From Patescibacteria group bacterium (GTDB taxonomy: Bacteria > Patescibacteriota > Patescibacteriia > CAIXNZ01): DNA of 64,000 nucleotides. The position numbers and the translations under genes were made by a program. The notes under the pieces were generated by a model, which was not told where the DNA came from, made no database searches, and saw only the letters and a list, made by a program, of their open reading frames with translations. The stretch covers positions 64,568 through 128,567 of the forward strand of contig JAQTMG010000001.1 of NCBI GenBank assembly GCA_028714455.1. The letters are read 5' to 3'. Positions 56,833 through 64,000 of this stretch are shown in pieces. Every line of letters starts with the position of its first letter. Within the stretch, counting starts at the first letter, position 1.

Positions 56833-59115
56833 TTATTTTTTTGTCACCTTTGTCTCCAGACGCATGTCCTTGGCGTTGTTTAGCGTGATGGCCGTTTTTC
56901 CGTCTAGAAGCTGAAACACCTGCGGGTAGGTGTTAGCCTTCCAATATGACTGAATAACGAATTTGATATTTATCTCTTCGCCTGGTTTAACGCTTGTTTT
57001 CGTTTGCTTGACCGTCTTGCTGTTTAGCCAGGACCAGTCCTTGAACCACGAATTGGTGCCGTCGATATCATAGCTTTTTAGCGTCGGCATTTTCCAGGTT
57101 TTTGTACCCGTGTTTTTAAACGTCAGGATCACGGTTTTTCTGGTATTTAATTTCATTGAGCTCGGAATCGTGCTGGACGTTAATTCGGCTGAATAAGGCG
57201 CGATTATTTTTGTGGTCTTATCGAATTTATAGATTTCATTTCCTTCATAGATAACGCTGATTGTATAAATAGAGTCTCCAATATTGGCAGAGGCTTTGCC
57301 CTTAAAACTGAAAGTAACGAATGAATTTGGATCAATTACCCCCTTCTCTAGACTCGCGAGATAAACGCTCTCTTTCCCGTTTTGAATCAGAACTTGAAGC
57401 TTGTCAGTAAAAAGAGCGGCGTTGCTGATGTTTTGGAATTTAATTGTGCCCTTGATCTCTTCTTTGGTGCCAATTTTTTCAGGAAAATCAGTCTGGGTCA
57501 ATTCGACTCGAAAAATACTTTGAGAGTTAACCGTTTGGTTGCAGCTGGTGCAGGGAATCTTGTTTAAGGCAATTGTAAAATCGGTATTGGGGAAATAGCC
57601 TTTATCTGACCAGGCCAGCACAAAATTTTTGGTGGTTTTCTGTTCGGCCGGCGAGCCAAGGACTAATTTAAATTTACCAATCTGACCCGGCTCGACGTTT
57701 CCTCCGGTGAGTCTAAAAATCTGGTTGTTTGAATCAACGACGACAGCATCTTTTTCGGCTGATTCCATGGCGATTTTAACCGAATCAATTCTGGCCATTT
57801 TATTTTTGATCTGTTCGTCAGTGACATAGACATAGTTATCTTCATAGCCGCGCCAGGTCTCCAGACCGGTGTTTTTGAATTCAACGCTCACCTCGGCCGA
57901 TCTTGTCTCTTCAACGTTAATTTCTTTGGCGCTTTGTTTCACCAGTTCGGCTGAAGTCGGCTGCGGTTTTTTATAGCCGCCGATTTCCTGCAAGATGTTA
58001 TAAGATAGTTGCCTGACTTGCGGCAAAAGATCATAAATAAGATTGCCGGGGCAGGTTGTTTTGACCACGTCTCTGTGACCTAAAATATTTGGCATCATCT
58101 TGCCCTCGTATTCACTCTGACCCATCGGGTCTATGTTAAATTCTCTTGATTTTTCGGCAATCAATTTATCCAGGGCGTTTTTAGCCGCGTCCGTGAGATG
58201 ATCAGGCGTGTTACAAGCTGAATTTTTATTTTCATTTCTAGTTTCATAGCAGCCTAAAATGGCAATGCCGATCGAGCTTCTGTTATTCATGTAGGCATGG
58301 CCGCCCACGACTCCGTCGCCGCCAAAGCGGCCTTCATAAACATTGCCCTTGGAATCAATTATATAGTTGTAGCCGATGTCACCCCAGTTCTTCACTTTGG
58401 CATGCCAATAATAAATCGCCCGTATTGAGGTCATAGGGTTGAGACCATTTTCTTCGCCGGCCGTGTGATGGATTATGAATCTTTTTGGCGAGTAATATTC
58501 CTCGGGCCAGAGATCACTGCCAGTCGCGTCATATCTGTAGGTTTCATCGGCGCCCCAATTTTTTCGAGCCACGATCTGGAAGATATCATTTGAGCCAGAA
58601 CTCATCGTTACGTTTCCACTCGGCCCCCTGGTCGTATCGAGATAGGTAAAGTTTAGATTTTTCAGATTATTTTTTTCGGCTTGATTATTAAAAATCAATT
58701 TATATTGAAACGTATCGGTTAATTTTGCGGGAATCATTTGGCTATTAAGTCCTTCGCCGGTACCGTCTTTGCCGCCGATATCATCGTCGATTTCGATTTG
58801 CTGCCAATCAGACCAGATCTCATTTAAAAATCTCACATAGATGGCTGGCTGGTCTTGAGAACCGTCTTGGAGATTCCAGCTCAAAAATAAAGCGTTGAAG
58901 GGAAAGTCGGTTCTTAAAATAGGGGAATTTATCTCGCTCTTGGAAGATTCTAGGGCAATAAAAAAAGAGCCATTTTCCGCGGGTGAGTTTATCTCAAGGT
59001 GGCCCTCTCTAACGTTATTATTATTGGAATCAGCGTTAACCAAGGTTAGGGCTAAAACCGCTGACCAAAATATCACTAAAATTAGTACAAATTTTGTCTT
59101 TATTTTAAATTTCAT
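56833..59115 (-). CDS. N-acetylmuramoyl-L-alanine amidase (Amidase_2/PGRP) with Ig-like domains
   Basis: R..WGADE, IIHHTAG, WGDIGYNY, GRFGG..VVGGHA, GHRDV..T.CPG; repeated FKNTG..TW Ig-like domains; ATG at 59115. Confidence 0.9.
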   Translation of the reverse strand: MKFKIKTKFVLILVIFWSAVLALTLVNADSNNNNVREGHLEINSPAENGSFFIALESSKSEINSPILRTDFPFNALFLSWNLQDGSQDQPAIYVRFLNEIWSDWQQIEIDDDIGGKDGTGEGLNSQMIPAKLTDTFQYKLIFNNQAEKNNLKNLNFTYLDTTRGPSGNVTMSSGSNDIFQIVARKNWGADETYRYDATGSDLWPEEYYSPKRFIIHHTAGEENGLNPMTSIRAIYYWHAKVKNWGDIGYNYIIDSKGNVYEGRFGGDGVVGGHAYMNNRSSIGIAILGCYETRNENKNSACNTPDHLTDAAKNALDKLIAEKSREFNIDPMGQSEYEGKMMPNILGHRDVVKTTCPGNLIYDLLPQVRQLSYNILQEIGGYKKPQPTSAELVKQSAKEINVEETRSAEVSVEFKNTGLETWRGYEDNYVYVTDEQIKNKMARIDSVKIAMESAEKDAVVVDSNNQIFRLTGGNVEPGQIGKFKLVLGSPAEQKTTKNFVLAWSDKGYFPNTDFTIALNKIPCTSCNQTVNSQSIFRVELTQTDFPEKIGTKEEIKGTIKFQNISNAALFTDKLQVLIQNGKESVYLASLEKGVIDPNSFVTFSFKGKASANIGDSIYTISVIYEGNEIYKFDKTTKIIAPYSAELTSSTIPSSMKLNTRKTVILTFKNTGTKTWKMPTLKSYDIDGTNSWFKDWSWLNSKTVKQTKTSVKPGEEINIKFVIQSYWKANTYPQVFQLLDGKTAITLNNAKDMRLETKVTKK

Positions 59116-59226
59116 TTGGGTTTTTGTTTTAAAATTGGCTAATTTTAGCTCAATTATACTCTCATTATAGCATAATTTTTTTCTTTTGTAAAGAACCTGG
59201 TGCGATATTTTAGCTAATTTTAGCAA

Positions 59227-60684
59227 TTATTCTAATATTTCATCAATTAACTCTTGTTCGGGCTTAATTTTTATATTTAATAATTCGTAAATAAATTCCT
59301 TCTCAATTCCCCTAAATAGATAAATAAATACAAAGTAGATAAATATAGCTATGATTAGCTGAAAAATAACGTTTAAATTGGGCGAAAAGTACAAGAATAT
59401 GGCCATTAATATAGACGCCAGGAGGCTCTTTGAAAATATTATAAATTTTGGAGAAAATTTGGCTGTTTTTGTCACAACATAGTAGTTAAAGGCTAAAATC
59501 AGAAATTCAGAGAGTACCGTAAATATTGCCGCGCCAAAATAGCCGTATTTTGGAATCGTCAGAATATAACCAACCAAAGAGAAAATCGCCACAAAAACGT
59601 ACAACCAGACCATTTTTCTTTGTTTGTCGATGGAAACTACTGCATAGCCGAAAAGAGAATTTATAAAGATTATGCCAGTCGCCACGATTATGATCTGCAA
59701 AATCATGCCCGAAAGAGTAAATTCTGGTCCGGCTATCAAAACCATCAATTTCTCGGCGACAAAATAAGTACCTATGATCATGGGCACGGTCAAGATGACA
59801 AGGGCGTCAAAAGTTCTTTGAAAAAGGTTTTTGAACTTGTCAAAATTTTTCTGAACCCAGGCGGCGGTCAGCAACGGGAAAATTATGCCGGTAAAAAGAT
59901 AAATAAAATTTACCAGAATTTCCAGCACCCGATACGGCGCGTTGTATAAGCCGACTTCAGCCTGACTGCGGACGAGAGAGAGTATGAGCGTGTCAGCCTT
60001 GAAGTAGACGAGGTTGAAGGCGATCGAGATGGCCAGCGGCCAGGTCAGATGAAAAATTTTTTTCCAGACCTGCCAGTCAAAAGCAAATTTTATTTTTATA
60101 AATTTTAAGACTAATAAATAGTTGATGATAAAATTCACCAGGTTACCCAGGACCACTGCCCAGATCAAATTTAAAAATCCAAAATTGTTAAAGACAAAAA
60201 AAGCCACGAGGACGAGAAGTGTCAGTCTGCCGGCAACCTCGGCTATGGCGACTCCTCCCAGCTTCAGCTCATTTTGAAAAAGGCTGATTAGAATTTGGTT
60301 GAGCGCTGATAAAAAAAATGAAATCGAAGCGATGGCGATGCCGATTTTTATCAGATTATCGTAGGGAAAAAAAATAACCACGAGAGGGGCGAGTCCGAGG
60401 AATATAAGAGCAGTAAAAAATCTAAAGGTAAAAATATTATTAACCGCCTTTTCTTTCTCTGCTCCAAAATCGGCAATCAATCTAATGACGGTCAGCGACA
60501 AACCCATGTCGACAAGTATCCCAAAAAATTGAAGAAAGGCCATGATGGTGGAGTATTGGCCAAAACCCGATTGCCCCAGATATCTGGTCATTAGGGCGAT
60601 CGTAAAAACGCCTAAAATGGTTCCCAGTACTTTGCCGGAAAATTGTAACGCGGTGTTAAAAGCGATTTTTCTTGTTAGAGACAT
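59227..60684 (-). CDS. Wzx/MATE-like polysaccharide flippase
   Basis: RYLG..GFG.YS, D.GL, YFKADTLIL, VGLYNAPYR, IPKYG..GAA..T..SE; ATG at 60684. Confidence 0.92.
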   Translation of the reverse strand: MSLTRKIAFNTALQFSGKVLGTILGVFTIALMTRYLGQSGFGQYSTIMAFLQFFGILVDMGLSLTVIRLIADFGAEKEKAVNNIFTFRFFTALIFLGLAPLVVIFFPYDNLIKIGIAIASISFFLSALNQILISLFQNELKLGGVAIAEVAGRLTLLVLVAFFVFNNFGFLNLIWAVVLGNLVNFIINYLLVLKFIKIKFAFDWQVWKKIFHLTWPLAISIAFNLVYFKADTLILSLVRSQAEVGLYNAPYRVLEILVNFIYLFTGIIFPLLTAAWVQKNFDKFKNLFQRTFDALVILTVPMIIGTYFVAEKLMVLIAGPEFTLSGMILQIIIVATGIIFINSLFGYAVVSIDKQRKMVWLYVFVAIFSLVGYILTIPKYGYFGAAIFTVLSEFLILAFNYYVVTKTAKFSPKFIIFSKSLLASILMAIFLYFSPNLNVIFQLIIAIFIYFVFIYLFRGIEKEFIYELLNIKIKPEQELIDEILE

Positions 60685-60884
60685 ATTAAATATATGGTAG
60701 CAGAAAAATTGATTTTTCGCCATTGAAAAGACTCCGTGTTTTGAGACCTCCATTTTTGACAAGCTTAATCAGATTGTCTTGAATTCATTGAAAATTTATT
60801 GAACAAATAATGTATACAAAGAGCCCATTTTCATTGACTGAAACCGAAAAAAATGCTATAATGTAAATATAAAATAAAAATAAA

Positions 60885-62678
60885 ATGAGAACCTTTAATA
60901 CAACTTATTTCGGCTGGAAATACTGCCAAAAGCAGGAACGAGCTATGACCAGGAAAAGAACCAATCTGGATTTTTTCCTTAGTATTGTCATAGCTTTTTT
61001 GATTATCTTTTTCGTCTCGCAGTTTTTAGCTCACCTCGATACCATCATAAGATTTCCGGCTGGTCAAAATTTTTCTACACTTAATCCCTTCGCGATTAGC
61101 ACGGCCGAGGCGGCCACAGCCACCTCCCTGAAAGAAGGCGATTTAATTAAATATTCCGGAGCCGCTGCCGTCTATCTGGTAAAGGACGGCGGCAGATATT
61201 CTTTCCCCTTTAAAAAAGTTTACCAGTCTTATTACGGCGATGATTTTTCAAAGGTAAAATTGATTACGCTAGCCGAACTTTCCAGCCTGCCGTTAAAAGG
61301 CAACGTGAAATTGCCCGAAAATACTCTTGTAAAAATCGCCACTGACCCCAGGGTATATAAGGTAGTTAAGATTAACAGCTTGTCATATCTGAAATGGATC
61401 GAGACAGAAGCTGAAGCAAAAGCGCAGTTTGGCAGTAAATGGACAAATAAAATAATTGATATGCCCGATGTTTTTTTTACTGATTACCAGACCGCGACGG
61501 TTTTGGCGACCCAGCCGATAAATAATAATTCCCAATCAGTTGGTTTGGTGGAAATATGCATGAGCTTAAAACCAGATGAACAAAAAACAGCCGCTCAAAA
61601 GCTGCTCTTGGATGAATGTCAAAAAATAGGCGCCAATGTTACTGACGATGGAGTAGTTTTTGTTGATGCGGCGCCAAGCCCGCAAACTGCCGTCTATCCC
61701 GCTCCGACACCAGACCCCGCGCCAACGCCTGCTCCGACACCGACGCCAGTCACTCCCACTCCAACTCCCTCACCAGCACCAGGGCCTTCTCAATTAGATT
61801 CGGCGTATGGTCCTCTGATCAGAGTTGGACTTTATTACACTTCTTCCGCCGTTATTTTAACTGCCAATTATTCTTATAAAGTTAAGGATCAGAACAAATC
61901 GCTTTTGGCGAGCGTACCGGCCGGCGTGCAAAGCAACGTCACCTTTAACTTTTCCAATAAGACATACAGCCTGTCAGCCAACGGAGTGAATCTGGCGACC
62001 AGCTCATATTTAAGATTTGAAGGCGACGCCAGCAACACAGTTTTCGAGATAATTTCTTTTGACAACGTGACTGGCTGGAACGCGAATTTGAATGACAATA
62101 AATTTTTAGGAAGTCTGGAAATCAGATACGCGAGCGCGACAAGCAGATTATGGGTGATAAACGAGCTGCAACTGGAGAATTATTTAAAGGGTCTGGCCGA
62201 AACCACGAATTATTCGCCGCTTGAATATCAGAAAGCTCTGGTTACGGCGGCCAGAACGTATGCCATGTATCATTACAATCGAGGGACTAAACACGCCGCC
62301 GAGAATTTCACGGTTGATGCCACCAACGATCAGGTTTATCGCGGCTACAATTCACAGCTGCGCCTAACCGTGGTTACCCAAGCGGTTGAACAGACTAAAG
62401 GCATGGTAGTAACTTACGGCGATCAGGTCGTTGTCACTCCATATTTTTCTTACAGCGATGGCTATACGAGAGATTGGGAAGACGTTTGGGGCGGTTCGCC
62501 AGTGCCTTGGTGCCGCGCAGTTAAAGAGCCGGCCGGTTATGACAAGACAACCATGTACGGTCACGGCGTCGGGCTTTCGGCCAGAGGCGCCTTGCTCCTG
62601 GCCAATGATTACAGCTACGGCTACGAGCAGATTCTTAAATACTATTACACCGGAATCGAATTAAAAAAGATTTATTAA
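60885..62678 (+). CDS. SpoIID/LytB-domain cell-wall protein with Pro/Thr linker
   Basis: INELQLENYLKGLAE, KA...AARTYA, DQVYRG, PYFS.SDG, GHGVGLS, ILKYYYTG; start may be 60945. Confidence 0.88.
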   Translation: MRTFNTTYFGWKYCQKQERAMTRKRTNLDFFLSIVIAFLIIFFVSQFLAHLDTIIRFPAGQNFSTLNPFAISTAEAATATSLKEGDLIKYSGAAAVYLVKDGGRYSFPFKKVYQSYYGDDFSKVKLITLAELSSLPLKGNVKLPENTLVKIATDPRVYKVVKINSLSYLKWIETEAEAKAQFGSKWTNKIIDMPDVFFTDYQTATVLATQPINNNSQSVGLVEICMSLKPDEQKTAAQKLLLDECQKIGANVTDDGVVFVDAAPSPQTAVYPAPTPDPAPTPAPTPTPVTPTPTPSPAPGPSQLDSAYGPLIRVGLYYTSSAVILTANYSYKVKDQNKSLLASVPAGVQSNVTFNFSNKTYSLSANGVNLATSSYLRFEGDASNTVFEIISFDNVTGWNANLNDNKFLGSLEIRYASATSRLWVINELQLENYLKGLAETTNYSPLEYQKALVTAARTYAMYHYNRGTKHAAENFTVDATNDQVYRGYNSQLRLTVVTQAVEQTKGMVVTYGDQVVVTPYFSYSDGYTRDWEDVWGGSPVPWCRAVKEPAGYDKTTMYGHGVGLSARGALLLANDYSYGYEQILKYYYTGIELKKIY

Positions 62679-62683
62679 AAATA

Positions 62684-62714
62684 AAAAATTCCCCGCGGCG
62701 CGGGGAATTTTTTT
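62684..62714. terminator. bidirectional intrinsic terminator
   Basis: AAAAAATTCCCCGC-ggc-GCGGGGAATTTTTT between convergent genes. Confidence 0.75.
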
Positions 62715-62720
62715 ATGTCG

Positions 62721-63329
62721 CTATTTATTGTTTTCGTGATGGAGTATCTCGTGTATCTCATGTTCGAGATTATCTTCTTCTCTTTGCACCAGGCCATTTA
62801 TTGTTTTAACTATATCAAACGGTAAGGGCACCTGGTGAAAAGAAAAACGCTCCAACTTGCCGGCGGTTTGGACAATGACAGTGCCATAATTAAAAAATGT
62901 TTCAAAAAATCCTTTTTGCACGGCCGTAACATCCTGAACCTTGTCGATTGTTTGTTCCGAGATGACCCTGTTAAAAAGTCCCTTCTGTTCTATGTCGATG
63001 ATCCTCTTGCTGGTTACGATCCAGACATCAAGATGATAGTCGATAAAAGCATTAAAGAAAAAGAGAATCATAAATAGATAGTAGATGCTGGTCAGCAGAA
63101 GGAGAAAGGAATAATAGATTTCATTCGTTATAAGGAAGGGAAAAGCGTAGAGCAGAAAGTAATATATGGCGATAGGGATTAACCCGAGCAGTATGTACAA
63201 GATCCATTTGCCAAGTAAAATAATCCAGTGGCGTCTTAAAAAAAGAAGCAGCTTCTCATCCTCCTGGCGGTTTGGTATTGTTCCCTCGATATACATAGGA
63301 TATTTTAAATGGTAAAGGTTTGGGTCCAA
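62721..63329 (-). CDS. bacterial PH-domain membrane protein
   Basis: RRHW, two TMs, WIVTSKRIIDIEQKGLF, VQDV...G.F.T.FNYG.V..QTAG. Confidence 0.85.
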   Translation of the reverse strand: MDPNLYHLKYPMYIEGTIPNRQEDEKLLLFLRRHWIILLGKWILYILLGLIPIAIYYFLLYAFPFLITNEIYYSFLLLLTSIYYLFMILFFFNAFIDYHLDVWIVTSKRIIDIEQKGLFNRVISEQTIDKVQDVTAVQKGFFETFFNYGTVIVQTAGKLERFSFHQVPLPFDIVKTINGLVQREEDNLEHEIHEILHHENNK

Positions 63330-63529
63330 TCAATGGGCAGACCGAGTTTATACGTGATAAACAGCAATAAGACAGTGGCTCCCAAAAATAGAAACGTCGC
63401 CAAAAAGCTGGTGAAGCTCAAAAAGCCGAATCTGAACAGGTGGTAAAGATTTATCAGCGCATAAAGGAAAAATAAGGCGAGGCTGATTCCGTAGATGACA
63501 AGGTAGGTTGTGATGGAGACTTCGAGCAT
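63305..63529 (-). CDS. small two-TM hypothetical protein
   Basis: N.YHL.RFG motif between two hydrophobic segments. Confidence 0.65.
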   Translation of the reverse strand: MLEVSITTYLVIYGISLALFFLYALINLYHLFRFGFLSFTSFLATFLFLGATVLLLFITYKLGLPIDWTQTFTI

Positions 63530-63533
63530 ATAT

Positions 63534-64000
63534 TTATAATAAGCTATTTTGCTCTTTATCCAAAATCGGCTTTAAACCGAGATGTTCAAAGGCGCGCTTG
63601 GTGGCGGTTCTGCCTCTGGGCGTGCGCTGCAAAAATCCTAACTGCATCAAAAATGGTTCATAGATATCTTCGAGCGTATCCATTTCCTCGTTGGTGGCTG
63701 CTGCCAATGTATTTAAGCCGACAGGACCGCCCGAGAATTTTTCAATAATGGCCATTAAAATCTTGCGGTCTACTTCATCTAGGCCTAGTTCATCAATTTC
63801 CAAAAGTTTAAGGGCGTCCAGCGCCAGATTTCCAGTAACATCGCCGTCAGCTTTGACCTGGGCAAAATCACGCACGCGCTTGAGTAAGCGATTGGCCACG
63901 CGCGGCGTTCTCCTGGCACGCTCGGCAATTAATTTGGAAGCATCACTGTCAATCTCAATATCTAAAATTTTTGCTGAACGGTTAATAATCTTCTGGATAT
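63534..64000 (-). CDS. ruvB: Holliday junction branch migration helicase RuvB (5' end outside the window)
   Basis: [47 protein letters not shown]. Confidence 0.97.
   Translation of the reverse strand, partial: IQKIINRSAKILDIEIDSDASKLIAERARRTPRVANRLLKRVRDFAQVKADGDVTGNLALDALKLLEIDELGLDEVDRKILMAIIEKFSGGPVGLNTLAAATNEEMDTLEDIYEPFLMQLGFLQRTPRGRTATKRAFEHLGLKPILDKEQNSLL

Noticed and set aside
61690-61790. C-rich repetitive DNA in the SpoIID gene
   Set aside because: It encodes an ordinary Pro/Thr/Ala linker.
56808-62704. Identical CCCGCGGCGCGGG cores at 56808 and 62692 as a mobile repeat
   Set aside because: Both are centres of ordinary A/T-flanked terminators, and a 13-bp GC hairpin match is too weak to claim more.

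Overview
A 64-kb chromosomal segment of a Patescibacteria (CPR, Parcubacteria-like) bacterium, spanning the probable replication origin (rpmH-dnaA-dnaN). The lineage is inferred from 16S signatures, an unlinked 16S gene, a VirB2-like pilin array and CPR-typical hypothetical proteins. Core genes include rpsF-ssb-rpsR-efp, recA, ftsK, trmD, khpA, rpsP, tig, yidD-rnpA-rpmH, a class A PBP, ruvC, yebC, galU and a partial ruvB. The window also holds one 16S rRNA gene with no 23S behind it, a tRNA cluster, surface-glycosylation genes and eight tandem pilins. The most unusual region is the tRNA cluster (7600-8715). Intact tRNA-Phe and tRNA-Ile genes each sit inside a GC-rich hairpin insertion, which itself interrupts a second, diverged copy of the same tRNA. 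A family of small CCTG/CAGG-footed hairpins is inserted there without target-site duplication. A duplicated 16S 5' end is split by a similar hairpin. Other candidates are a ~260-nt structured ncRNA bounded by a promoter and terminator (25700-25960), an ArfA/BrfA-like 48-aa ORF with its stop codon inside a long hairpin, a possible remote DGR target, a structured leader before rpsF, and self-contained SD-led orphan gene cassettes. All calls come from reading the sequence by eye; no database searches or folding programs were run.
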